The notes beneath the pieces were generated by a model. The model made no database searches, was not told the origin of the DNA, and was given only the letters and a program-made list of their open reading frames with translations. A stretch of DNA of 64,000 nt, taken from Narcine bancroftii (taxonomy: Eukaryota). Shown here in pieces: positions 27,501-38,442 of this stretch (position 1 is the stretch's first letter; every line of letters begins with the position of its first letter). The position numbers and the translations under genes were made by a program. The stretch is from contig NC_091472.1 in assembly GCF_036971445.1 (NCBI RefSeq), forward strand, positions 127,224,001 to 127,288,000, read 5' to 3'.

Positions 27501-30500
27501 TGGGTTTTCCCCAGGGGGTCCAGATTCTTCCCACCATTCAAAACGTATTAGGGGTGTAGGTTAATTGGGTGTAAACTGGGCAGCACAGACTCGTGGGCTA
27601 AAATGGCCTGTTACCGTGTTGTACCCAAATTTAAATTTTAAAAAGACAGCTCACCTTCTCATAGGCAATGAAGGGTTGGGCAGTAAATACTGGTCTTCCA
27701 AATGACACCTACAACCCCTTATGAAAGAGGTCAAGTGTGCTCTTTACTAACAAGCAGTTCCACCACGGTGAACCTCAAATCACAAACTAAAACTTAGAAT
27801 AGTTAGGAAAAAAACAAAACCAGAAAATTGACAGCTGGTGAAGGGGAAAAACTCGGGATTTCCCAAAGTTGACATTGTTGACTTTTCGTCACAAAATGAA
27901 ACATTTTACAAATTTCCCTCAAAAGATATCTAAATGAGCTGCTACTGAAGCCTAAAATTTTTTTTAAGGTGTCCAAAATAAACAAAAAATATTTGGAGTA
28001 AAATACACTTGCAAGAAAATGCACACAAAGTATAGTCACTTGCCAGGTAACTGTGTGATTCAGTGCAATATTTAATTACGCATGCTCCTTGAAGATCCAC
28101 TAACACTGACCACTTCACGAGGCCCCTACTTCACTTGCTTAACATCCAAAACATTTTATAATGAAGTTTTACATTACCTTAAACTTTGGATGTATAAACA
28201 CTTTCGACTGGACGATACTGTCAAACAGTAGGTAGATAAATAACTGGAGCAATGTTTAGCCTCGTGTCAACAAAGCTTCTTTAACTTGGCAAAACTTTTG
28301 ATGCAAATGACAATAAGCCACACAATAAAAGGGCAGATGACCAAAGCTGAAGAGCTAACTTCAAGGAGCTTTTTAAAAAGAGGAACAACAGCGGGACTTA
28401 AAGAATCCGGAGCTTAGCGCCTTGGATGCTACTTATGCAGAGAGAGCAATTAAAATGGGAAGTGAGCAGAGACCAGAAACAAAGATGAACAGCTAGAAGG
28501 CAAGGACAGATAAAAGCCCACATAAACATGGATGATAAAGTAAAAAAAAAAATCCCTTAATCCAATTGCAGGAGTTAAAGGCAAATCGATCTGTGCAAGT
28601 CCAGCTTAGAAGCAAGGTTTAAGGAAGGATAGTTCCCAGATGGAGTCAGTGGATCAGGAGCATGGTTTATGATAGGAAGCCAAGATTTCAAAGATCTGAA
28701 TTACAGGTAAGATGTACGGAAGGTGTATGGACCCTTGGTTTTCAAGAGATATTGGGATCGTTAAGAAGAAGAACGGGACACACAAAATCAGTGAACCGGT
28801 GCGGACTCGAAAGGCCAACATGGCCTGTTTCCGCTCCGTAAATGGTTATATGATGGCTTAAGCCTTCTCAATCCTTAGTGTTTTTTTGTAATTCTTTATT
28901 TATCGCACTATGAACCATATCAACCAAAATATTTACAGATGCATCTCTTTAAATATACACAGTGACATTTTCTCTTTTTCCCCCATCCCTCCCTCTCCCC
29001 CTTCCCACCCCCTCCATAAACAGTAAATATTGAATCTATAAAATACAATAAAACAACATCTTTATACAAAAGGAAAACAAACAAAAAAGACCTGCCATCT
29101 ACTTGTACACATTAAATCTGATCGTGTTTATCTCATCATTTTAGTTGGTGGAGGTCCGAGGCTGGCTCTTTCTGTTATGTTCCATGTATGGTTCCCAGAT
29201 TTTTTCAAACAATGTAACTTTGTCTTTTAAACTATAAGTGATTTTTTTTCCATTGGAATACACTTATTCATTTCCATGTACCATTGCTGTGCTCAGACTC
29301 TCATCCATTTTCCAAGTTGACATTATACATTTTTTGCTACTGCTAAAGCTATCATAATGAATCTTTTTTGTGCTTTATCCAATTTGAGACCTAATTCTTT
29401 ACTTCTTATGTTATTTAAAAGAAAAATTTCTGGATTTTTGGGTATGTTGTTTTTTTTGTGATTTTATTTAATATCTGGTTTAGTTCTTCTCAAAATGTAT
29501 TCACTTATGAACATGCCCAAATTGCATGTATTGTTCCCATTTCATTTTTACATCGAAAACACCTATCCGATCCCATTCTTTTAATTTTTAAGGAGTGATA
29601 TATACCCTGTGTAACCAATTACATTGTAACATACGTAAACTTGCACTTATTATATTCTTCATAGTTCCAGAACATAACTTTTCCCATGTTTTGTTCTTTA
29701 TATTTAAGTCCTTTTCCCACTTTTGTTTGGGTTTCTACTTTATTTCATCATTTTCCTTGCCTTGTAGCTTAATGTACATATTTGTTATAAATCTTTTAAT
29801 TATCATTGTGTCTGTAATCACATATTCAAAGCTGCTTCCTTCTGGTAATCTCAATCTGTTTCCCAGTTTGTCCTTTAAATAAGCTTTCAGTTGATGGTAT
29901 GCCAACACTGTACTGTGAGTTATTCCATACTTGTCCTTCAACTGTTCATAAATTTTTTTCCCAAAAAACAATTTTCTATTCTCTTGATTCCTTTTCTCTC
30001 CCATTCTCTAAAGGAAAGGTTGTCTATTGTAAAAGGGATTAGTGGATTTTGCGTCAATAGCATTTTTGGTATTTGGTCATTTAATTTTTTTCTTTTCTAC
30101 ATGCATCTTCTTCCATATATTAAGTAAATGATTTAATACTAGTGAACTGTTATATTGCACCAGCTTTTCATCCCATTTATAAAGTATATGTTCCAGTACC
30201 TTCTCTCCTATTTTATCTAGTTCTTAGTCCAATCTAGCTTTTCTCTCGTCTGGTAAAAATCTGATAAGTACCTTAATTGTGCAGCTCTGTAATAATTTCT
30301 GAAGTTTGGTAACTGCAAACCACCTTGACTATACCTCTCTGTTAATTTATCTAGCACTACCCTCAATTTCCCCCCTTTCCACAGGAACTTCCTTATTATT
30401 CTCCTTAGTTCAGCAAAAAAATTCTCCATTAAGAGAATTGGCAGCATTTGAAATAAGTATTGTATCCATGGGAACACGTTCATTTTAATGCAGTTCACCC

Positions 30501-33500
30501 TCCCTATCAATGTTAGCGGTAATTCCTTCCAATGTTTTAAGTCTTTCTGTAATTTCCTTATTAATGGCTGATAATTTAACTTGTACAAGTGGTTTAAGTT
30601 ATTGTCTCTCCTGATACCTAGGTATCGGATTGCTTGTGTTTGCCATTTAAATGGAGATTTTAAAATTTTTTTTAAGTTCTGTATAATCCGCATTACTCAT
30701 TGGCATCACTTCGCTTTTATTTGTGTTGACCTTCTACCCCGATATTTCTTATGCAATTCTTTTATTGATTACTCTGGTTCTGTTAGGTATACTATGATGT
30801 CGTCTGCAAATAAGATGATTTTATTCTCTTTCTCCTTTATTTTTAATCCCATTTATTTTATTTTCCTTTTTTATCAGCTCTGCCAATGGTTCTATTGTTA
30901 AGGGGAACAATGAGGGGGAGAATGGACATCCCTGTCTAGTTGATCTGCTTAGCTTGAACTGGTTCGATACATTTCCTTTGCCAACGGTCCATTATATAAT
31001 GCTCTAAACCAGTTAATATATTTTTCTGGCAGATTGAATTTCTGTAACACTTTAAATAAGTAGTTCCATTCTTCCCTGTCAAACGCTTTTTCTGTGTCTA
31101 AAGCAACTGCCATTGTTGGTTTTTTTATTCCCATGTGCTGCGTGAATTAAATTAATAAGTTTACAGACATTATCTGTTCGCCTTTTCTTAATAAATCCAG
31201 TTTGATCTTGTTTTACTATTTTTGGTACACAGCCGCTAATAATTTTGCTATTATCTTATAATCTGAATTAAGTAAGGATATTGGTCTAAATGATGCTGGT
31301 GTTAATGGATCCTTCCTCATCTTGGGTATTACTGTAATTATTACTGTCTTGCATGATTCTGGTAAGTTTTGTGTTTCTTCTACCTGATTCATTACTTCCA
31401 GGAGAGGAGGAATTAATAACTCTTTAAATGTTTTATAAAATTCTATTGGAAAACCATTCCCTCCTGGTGTTTTATTATTCGGCAGCTTTTTTAATATATT
31501 CTGTATTTCCTCTATTTCAAATGGTTTTTATCAGTTTGCCTTGATCCTCTATTTGCAATTTTGGCAGTTCAGTTTTAGCTAAAATCTCTTCAATTTTATA
31601 ATTTTTCCCCTCATTCTCTGTTTGGTATAATTGTTCATAAAATTCCTTAAAGTTTTCATTTATCTCTGTTGGGTTATATGTGATTTGTTTGTCCTTTTTC
31701 CTTGACGCCAGTACAGTTCTTTTAGCTTGCTCTGTTTTAAGTTGCCAGGCCAATATTTTATGTGCTTTTTCTCCCAATTTGAAATATTTTTGCTTTGTTT
31801 TCATTATGTTCTTCTCCACCTTGTACGTTTGTAATAACTCACATTTTATTTTTTTGTCTGCCAATTCTCTTTTTCTTTATATCATCCCTTTTCACTAGTT
31901 CCTTTTCTGTACTTGCTATCTCCCTTTCCAGCTGCTCTATTTCCCGATTGTATTCCTTTTTCATCTTAGTTACATAACTTATTATCTGCCCTCTAATGAA
32001 GGCTTTCATTGCATCCCATAGCATAAATTTATCTTTAACAGATTCTGTGTTTATTTCAAAATATATTTTAATTTGGTGTTCAATAAACTCTCTAATTTCC
32101 TGCCTTTTAAGTAGCATGGGGTTTAACCTCTGTCTATATGTTCTTGGTGGGATGTCCTCCAGTTCTATTGCTGATAGCAGGGGTGAATGATCTGAAAGTA
32201 GTCTAGCTTTATACTCAGTTTTCCTGACTCTCCCTTGAATATGGGCCGACAACAAAAACATATCAATCCTTGAGTATGTTTTATACCTACTCGAGTAATA
32301 TGAATATGAATATTCCTTCTCTCTTGGGTGCTGTCTCCTCCATAAGTTTCATTTCCTGCATTGATTTAACCATAAATTTGGTTACTTTATTCTTTTTGCT
32401 TGTATTTTTTCCGGTTTTATCCAACACTGTATCCAAATTAAGGTTAAAATCCCCTCCTATCAATATATTTCCTTGCTTATCTGCAATCTTCAAAAAAATA
32501 TCTTGCATAAACTTTTGATCCTCATCATTAGGTGCATATATATTGAGAAAATTCCAAAATTCTGAGTATATCTGACATTTCATCATTACATACCTCCACG
32601 CTGGATCTGTTATTTCCTCCTCTATCTTGATTGGTACATTTTTGTTAACTAATATGGCTATACCTCTAGCTTTTGAGTTATATGATGTTGCCGCTATGTA
32701 TCCTACCCAATCTCTCTTCAATTTGTTATGTTCCACTTCGGTTAGATGTGTTTCCTGCACAAATGGTATATCTATTTTTTCCTTTTTCAGTAAATTTAGT
32801 AGCCTCTTCCTTTTAATTTGGTTATGTAGTCCATTAATGTTTATGGTCATATAGTTCAACGTGGCCATCTTATATCTTTATTTTCACTTCTTTTCTGCCT
32901 CCGCCACCTCCATGCCCTTTTTTCCATTACTGTTCTTTAAATTTTCCTTTTTAATCTCAATATATGACAATGCACTTAAGACATGAAATACCCCAACAAT
33001 CCCCACAAGCAATAACCCTTTAACCCCAAATGAACCCCCCCCCCTTGGGTTGCCCCTTGATGGGCAACCACAACTCTCCCTTCCATTCGGTTTGCAAGTG
33101 TCAACCGATTTCGCAGTGACTGTTATCCTCCCCCCCCAGAGAACACTATTTTCGTATACATATAACAAAGCTCTCTCTCTCTTTTTCCCCCTTCTTCCCC
33201 TTCTCTTTTCCATCTTTAAATCTTTATATATACACATTATCTTTACTTTATATTTTTACATATTTTTGTATATTTTCTTGCCGGTCATCTTTCTTGTCAC
33301 TCTTCCTCCTCTCTTCTCCTGTCCTACAAATGTTCAGCAAATTCTTGGGCTTTCTTCGGGTCCAAGAACAGTCTATTCAGTTCCCCAGGAATAAATATTT
33401 TGAGTACTGCTGGGTGTCTTAATATAAAGTTGTAGCCTTTCTTCCATAAGATTGTTTTTGCCACGTTGAATTACTTCCTCTTCTTTAAAAGTTCAAAGCT

Positions 33501-36500
33501 TATGTCCGGGTAAAAAAATATTTTTTTTGTCCCTTATATTCCAACAGCTTATTGTCTTCTCTAACTTTCTTTCTTGCCTGCTCCAGTATGTTCTCTCTTG
33601 TCGTATATCTTCAAAGTTTTACCAATATGGATCTCGGTTTTTGATGTGGTGGTGGTTTCGGTACTAGTGCTTGATGCATCCTTTCAATTTCTATTTCTTC
33701 ATGTAAATCTGTCAGTTCCAGCAACTTTGGGATCCATCCTTTTATAAATTCCTTCACATCTGACCCTTCTTTGCCTTCTTTCAGGCCCACTATTTTTATG
33801 TTGTTTTGCCCACTGTAGTTTTCCAATACGTCAATATTTTTGTGTCTCCTTAACTTTTTTTTTTTTTTTTTCGCTCTCTTCCAACTTCCCTCTTAAATCA
33901 TTTACATCCATTTCTACAGCAGTTTCTCATTCCTCCACATTTTCTACTCTTTTCCCTATTTCATTCATGACCAACTCTAAGCTTTGCATTCTGTCTTCAG
34001 CTCTTTTCATTTTTCTTTTGAATAAACTAAATTCTAATGATAGCCATTCATTTAATGACCTCATTTGTTCTTCAAAAAAGACTATCTAAATTTTGTCCTT
34101 CTATTTTACCTTCTTTCCTTTGAAGTTCTTGGTCTTCTTCCTCCTCTTCTTCTGTGTCTGTATCTATGTCTATGTCTTCTTCTCTTTGTATCTGTGTATC
34201 TTCAACCTTTTCTGATGAACTGTTTCTGTATTCTTGCTGGGTTTCCCGCTGCGGGTTCGACCCGCTGCTGAGCCTCCTGCTGCAGGTCATCCCCTTGCCG
34301 GTCGCCCTGTTGCTGTTCACCCTCTTCCACTCCTTCATTCTCTTTCTCACCACTCTTCTTCTTTCCTTCGTACTTCCCCCAGCCAAATGCTCTGATGCTG
34401 GGCGTCTCTCAGCTGGCCGCTCCGCACCTGACCGCTCCTCAGCTGAGTCCTCCTCCAGCTGGCATTAACCTTTTCTTTTACTTGTGCAGTTGCGCTAGCG
34501 GGATTTCTCGCACATGTGCAGTTGCGCACCTTAGCTTGCCTTTGGGATCCATTTTTGAAGTGTGACGGTTGGGAGGACACCGCTCCTCCAGGGACTCACC
34601 AACGTCGGAGATCAGCCACTCCTCTCCATGGTGGCTCCCTGCTCTGATGTGCAGGCAAGGCCTTCTTTCTTCGCCGGTGATTTTCCTTCGCCGGTGATTT
34701 TCCTTTGCCGGTGATTTTCCTTCTTCCCTTTTCTCTGTTATTCTTACTTTCTCTCTTTTGGGTGCCATCTTCTGTCTCTTCTCTGTAACTTTATCTTTCT
34801 CTTCCTGTATTTTATGTTTAATGAGCTCTGTTTTTTCAAACTTTTTTTTCCTTTTCTCTGGAGAGGGCTGGTTCTACTCAATTAGCCACTACTCCATCAC
34901 GTGACTCCTCCAGCCTTCTCAATCCTTAGTTGAAGGTAACTTCTGCTTACCCAGTCTTAGATGTCAGACAATAGTTTGACAGAGAGAGTCAGTGGAGGTC
35001 CAAGAGAGGCGAGAACCCCTGTGGAGTTGGGTGGTCCCAACATCTGCATGAAAACTAATGATCCAAGGCACACCATTTAAATGTTAAATTGGAGGAAAAA
35101 CACAAGGTAGATTTACATTGATGGTGTACTGATAGACCAAGAGGCACATTGTTGATTTTAGGATGAGGAGGCAGAAGATCCATACATCCGTTCCCATTGA
35201 TTGGAGTGAGGTAGATAGTGTTAGGACTTTCAAGTTCCTGAGAAGACTTCTCCCGGGGCAAGCACATCGAGGCAACAGTAAAAAGGAATACCAATAGCTC
35301 TGCTTTCTAAGGTATCTGAGGAAATACCCTAACATCTACGAGTGTACTGTGAAAAGTACACTGGCTACATTACAGCCCAATTTGGAAATTTGAATGCCCA
35401 GAAACACAGAGACTCCAGAAAGTAACAAACATACCTGATCCATCACAGGCCCCAACTTCCCATCTATTGATTACATCTATGAGAGGCGATGCCGTCAGCA
35501 TCATAAAGGACCTCATTATCCTGGTCACAACTGCTTCTCACTACTACATTCAGACAGAAAGTAAAGAAGCCTGAAGACCAGCACCTCTTATTTCGAGAGC
35601 TGTTTCCAACAGCCATGAGGTTTTTGAACTTCCCCTTGTTACACTAATTATGGACTGTTCAGACACCACATAAGGATTATCTGCACTACTGCAAAGTCAA
35701 TATTTTTGGACCAGGACAAGAGTGAATTTTTTTTTGCATTTATAATCTTTTCTAATAAGTTAAATTAAGCATACTGTTGTAGTTTTTTTTAAAAAAAGGT
35801 TGTTTTGTAGGTTTTGCTAAATATTCATTCAGCTGCAGCAAGTGTAAAAGTTTTAGTGCATATGTATATTGTATAAAGTATATGACAATAGAATCATTAT
35901 ATAGAATTATACCTTTTGATCTTCCAGAAGTAACAGCTAAAATTGAGCCATGAGACAGTCTCCATTGACAGCCATCAGTTGGCTCAAGGGTTCCGGTCGT
36001 TCTACATGGGCAGCATGGCAGGCACAATGCTATTACAGCACCAGATACACTGGTTTAAATCTGACACTGTCTGTAAGGAGTTTGCATGTTCTCCCCAGGT
36101 GGCCCATTTCCTTCCACCTTCCAAAACATATGGGGCCGGCAGGTTAATTGGTGGCCAAGGCTTCAGAACGACTAGCCCTGCAGCCCGTGCCGGCCGTCCA
36201 TCCGCTGCAGCCCACATCGGCCATTCCAACCACTAATGCTCACGCCCGCCGCCCCACAGTGTGGGGACTGATATCAGGCTGTTGGGAGAGAGTGGGGCAG
36301 CGGGATGAGTGTGGGGACGTCCCTGCGCTGACAGCCCACACTGGCTGCCCCTGCCCTGATGCCCCGCGCCAGGGAGGGGGGGAAGGGGCAGCTGGGAGAG
36401 GAGCTTGCTTTCAGGTGGCTACATTCATATGGCTGGGGAGGCAACTGTGCTGCGGTGATTATCCCTCTCGGAGGAGGCTTACAAAGTTCACCTCGCAGGC

Positions 36501-37199
36501 ACCTCCTGTGCATTCACATGGCCTCCCGACAGCTGCATATTGCCAAAATATGTGGCTTTACAAGCGGAGCAATTGGCCACCTGAAAGTCCCTACTGTTGT
36601 CCAGGCTTAATTCTACCACTGGACCATGACAAAGTTATTCTGAGACCAGTAACAATGGGTGTATTCTGCAATGCTTAGCAAAGAGGCTGGACTTGTGTTA
36701 CTTTTCCAAAAAATAACCCCAAAAGCTTCCAACTCAATGGAACGCAGAGTCAGGTGATCAGCAATGAATTTTGAATCCACTGAAGGCCATTTTCAGGGTG
36801 GGGTGCAGAGCTCACTGGCAGTTTAGTCCTCGTACCTCTAGGTTTATTTGCAATGCAGATTTAAAGACACCCTTCTGCCTGCTGTACAGCAATGAGGTCT
36901 GGTAAAATCCCAGTCCACATGGTAAACACAAGTGCACAGAACAATACACATTAAATAAAACCCCAAAACTTGCACTATTCAAGACAGTGCAAACTGATTA
37001 CAAATAGCATCTTCTCCTGGAATCAAACCTACCCTTTATCCAGCTGTTCATTCTGTTTCTGCTGTTTACGATTCCATTCCCTCCAGCATTTCGAGCAGTA
37101 GCCCTGCCAGGCTGGGTTGCCATAGTAACCACAGCCATCTTTACACAGTAGCTCAGTCTGATCAACATGGATTCCTTGGGCCCCGAATTTTACACTCAT
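3180..37199 (-). CDS. RABGEF1: Rab5 GDP/GTP exchange factor (Rabex-5)-like gene, 8 coding exons, 451 aa; probably a RABGEF1 paralog
   Basis: join(37199-37033,18474-18320,16504-16353,15483-15414,14250-14115,12689-12598,5977-5721,3506-3180) = 1356 nt. All introns are GT-AG with matching phases (2,1,0,1,2,1,0). The protein is colinear with human Rabex-5 as recalled ([33 protein letters not shown]; DKLACIxKCSxHIF; NPPRLxSNIQYI; GYYFTNLCCAVxFIEKL). Confidence 0.93.
3590..4110 (-). mobile_element. Rex1/Babar-type LINE 3' fragment
   Basis: [11 protein letters not shown]...[20 protein letters not shown]-terminal motif; tail TGTACTCTAACAATAAATCTGA. Confidence 0.75.
5721..5977 (-). CDS. RABGEF1: RABGEF1-like coding exon 7 (VPS9 catalytic core)
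   Basis: Acceptor aaacattag|; [25 protein letters not shown]...[49 protein letters not shown]; donor CTG|gtaagt; 257 nt. Confidence 0.96.
6039..6420. mobile_element. Tigger/pogo-type (Tc1/mariner) MITE inserted in a Rex tail
   Basis: TA duplications at 6037-6038 and 6421-6422; TIRs TAAGTACTCACCAACTTACGAC / GTTGCAAGTTGGAAAGTACCTG; internal palindrome at about 6153-6320; host Rex tail rejoins across it. Confidence 0.8.
7181..7412 (+). mobile_element. tRNA-derived V-SINE (HE1-like)
   Basis: GGTGTAGCAGTTAG A-box-like head; core GGAGTTTGTACGTT..CCGTGT...GGGTTTTCCCC...CTCCAGTTTCCTCCCAC; related copy at 27390. Confidence 0.8.
7520..8980 (+). mobile_element. Decayed CR1 LINE (endonuclease-RT fragments), 5' part
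   Basis: [49 protein letters not shown] fragments with frameshifts; continues at 11089-11850. Confidence 0.9.
8981..9388 (+). mobile_element. Younger CR1 3' fragment nested in the older CR1
   Basis: [17 protein letters not shown]; tail GGCCTGTTTCCGTACTGTAAAATGTTATATGGTTATA. Confidence 0.8.
9434..10996 (+). mobile_element. Truncated LTR retroelement / endogenous retrovirus: 5' LTR (9434-10016), PBS (10019-10034), decayed gag-like ORF (10047-10876)
   Basis: TG...CA LTR with AATAAA at 9901; TGGCGCTGCAAGCAGG follows 2 nt later; then MFCRK...GPPISW...[10 protein letters not shown] plus coiled coil. Confidence 0.75.
11089..11850 (+). mobile_element. Decayed CR1 LINE, 3' part
   Basis: [18 protein letters not shown] and RTRGHN remnants; continuation of 7520-8980. 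Confidence 0.85.
11864..11910 (+). mobile_element. Very short RTE LINE 3' end
   Basis: ACCCCTCCATAAATCTTCGTCCACGAAGCCAAGCCAAAG is nearly identical to the RTE tails at about 46333 and 53996. Confidence 0.75.
12598..12689 (-). CDS. RABGEF1: RABGEF1-like coding exon 6
   Basis: Acceptor ctttgtgcttgcag|; [30 protein letters not shown] (cf. ALRWVTPQMLCVPVNEDIPEV); donor CAG|gtcagt; 92 nt. Confidence 0.93.
13762..13860 (-). mobile_element. Penelope-like terminal fragment with degenerate hammerhead-like core
   Basis: Minus strand TTGATGAAGAGCTCGGGCCCAAAATGTTGG...GCAGGACCTGCTGAGCTACTCCAGCACTTTTGTGT; similar remnants at about 17025-17085 and 40437-40540. Confidence 0.55.
14115..14250 (-). CDS. RABGEF1: RABGEF1-like coding exon 5
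   Basis: Acceptor ccttttgatgcag|; [44 protein letters not shown]; donor CG|gtgagt. Confidence 0.95.
15414..15483 (-). CDS. RABGEF1: RABGEF1-like coding exon 4
   Basis: Acceptor tttgtcttccag|; [23 protein letters not shown] (cf. DLSIEEQSECAQDFYHNVA); donor G|gtgagt; too short for the ORF track. Confidence 0.92.
15948..16100 (-). mobile_element. CR1-family 3' end with (TGGTTA)-type tail
   Basis: Near-identical to the + strand copy ending at about 28852 (CACAAAATCAGTGA.CCGGTGCGGACTCGAAAGGCCAACATGGCCTGTTTCC). Confidence 0.7.
16353..16504 (-). CDS. RABGEF1: RABGEF1-like coding exon 3 (helical bundle)
   Basis: Acceptor tttatcctag|AG; [51 protein letters not shown]; donor CAG|gtaatg. Confidence 0.9.
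16655..17455 (-). mobile_element. Rex1/Babar-type LINE 3' fragment (interrupted at about 16940-17090)
   Basis: [35 protein letters not shown]; same tail as 3590-4110. Confidence 0.75.
18320..18474 (-). CDS. RABGEF1: RABGEF1-like coding exon 2
   Basis: Acceptor tttcttcatag|G; [25 protein letters not shown] resembles Rabex-5 LTFSKFEEKKTNEKTRKVTTVKKFF; donor CAAG|gtatgg. Confidence 0.9.
22681..23053. mobile_element. hAT (Charlie-like) MITE in L1 ORF2
   Basis: TIRs CAGTGGTTCCCAAA / TTTGGGAATCACTA; 8-bp TSD GGTGAAAG / GATTAAAG (6/8 match). Confidence 0.8.
23342..23920 (+). mobile_element. CR1 3' fragment nested in L1
   Basis: [13 protein letters not shown]...[15 protein letters not shown]...[10 protein letters not shown]; tail AATTGTAATTGTTATATGGTT. 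Confidence 0.85.
24074..25094. mobile_element. Solo LTR (Gypsy-type, 1021 bp)
   Basis: TGTGACA...TAACA termini; perfect 4-bp TSD GTAT (24070-24073 / 25095-25098); removing it restores the L1 frame LENVYKLNY. Confidence 0.88.
27390..27640 (+). mobile_element. tRNA-derived V-SINE (HE1-like)
   Basis: B-box GGTTCGAATCCC; core GGAGTTTGAACGTTCTCCCC; related to the 7181 copy. Confidence 0.8.
28560..28852 (+). mobile_element. CR1-family 3' fragment
   Basis: Ends GGCCTGTTTCCGCTCCGTAAATGGTTATATG; matches 15948-16100. Confidence 0.65.
28880..34911 (-). mobile_element. Full-length (6.0 kb) L1/Tx1-clade LINE, inactivated
   Basis: 19-bp TSD AGCCTTCTCAATCCTTAGT at 28861-28879 and 34912-34930. ORF1 remnants ([17 protein letters not shown]). 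ORF2 starts at 32868 ([40 protein letters not shown]) and is frameshifted. Confidence 0.95.
34670..34722. repeat. Three 17-bp tandem repeats in the L1 5' region
   Basis: (T/C)GCCGGTGATTTTCCTT x3. Confidence 0.8.
35060..35900 (+). mobile_element. Old Rex1/Babar-type LINE fragment
   Basis: Remnants of the RxLQKV / SIIKDPHYPGH motifs and the TGTAT...GACAATA tail. Confidence 0.6.
36008..36150 (+). mobile_element. Degenerate V-SINE
   Basis: CTGTCTGTAAGGAGTTTGCATGTTCTCCCC core. Confidence 0.6.
37033..37199 (-). CDS. RABGEF1: RABGEF1-like coding exon 1: A20-type zinc finger
   Basis: Acceptor ttcctctctcag|G then ATG at 37199; [55 protein letters not shown]; donor GG|gtaggt. Confidence 0.95.
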
Positions 37200-38442
37200 C
37201 CTGAGAGAGGAATACAAGTGGAAGTCATTCTACAAATTGACTGCACAGGTGGAAGGAATTCACAACATCACACTAATACAGCCAGTCTATAACCATGTAT
37301 TTACTGCAAGCCCAATTTCTTTGAAAGTAATGAAAATTTCTTTCTCACTCACCCTCAGATAATGAATTTCAAATCCTCATTCAAAATAAAAACATTTCTC
37401 CAGTCCCACCTCCAATCACCACAAATCTCTTAACACAGTAAAAGAAAATAAATCCTTCCCATTCAGCCTGCTTAGGCCTCATAACTTTATGCACATCAAC
37501 TAAATTCCCCCAACCATCTTTTTAGTTCCAAAATAAAACCATCACTAGTCACTCATGACAGGCTCTCTCTCAAAAAAAATGCCTACACCCATTCTGGCGC
37601 TACCACATTCTTCCCATATGAATACTCTGGCCTAGCATTTTAATCACATCTTTCCTGCACTTGCAATGGAAAAGCTCCGGCAATAAACTCCAAGACATTT
37701 CAAAACCGGCAGGGCAAAAAGCTGTTGGGTTACAGTTTAAAAAAAAAGGAACAGGAATGGGACGTTTGGCCTTTCAAGTCAGTTCCACTAGTTACTAAAA
37801 TTATGGCTGATTATCTACCTCATTGCTGTTTGCCAACAATATCTCCATATCCCTTAAACCCTCTGATATCGATAAATCTATTTTGACACAGACTCCACGG
37901 AGAATGCCCCTCCACAGCCCTAGAGCAGTGAACACTAAAATCCCGAGGAAAGAAATTTCTCATTTCTGATGCAAATATTCATCTCCTGGTTTTGAGAATG
38001 TGACCCCTACCTTACATTCAAGATCATTTGGCCAGCAGAAACATCGGCCCTGTATCTATCCTTTTGGGTAGGACCCCCTTTCCCAATTTAATGGAATTCA
38101 GTCCAGAACCAAAGTTGTTGTGGGACCTGATGCTCAGATGATTGTTGGGGCATTACTACCAATAGGTAGCATTTAAACAGAATTTCAAATGGCCTTTTTT
38201 GAACCCAGCAAATGTAATTTCAAGTTTATTTCCCAGAATAGGATACCTTTTCAAATAACAAACCTCAAGGGACTTCGTTGCCCTGTTGCTTCATCTGCGG
38301 GGAAACGGGCAGGATGAAGGTTCCAGCCCAAGAAAGTTGAGCAGCCAACTAGCCCCAGGAATGGGTCGAATCAGTCTTGTGATGCCAACCCCGGGATGGT
38401 CCCCGCCGTTCCAACCTCGATGAGCAACCCAGCGTTGAGGAC

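Noticed and set aside
36148-36678. 176-aa ORF
   Set aside because: GC-rich repeat-like insert with no recognisable domain or splice support.
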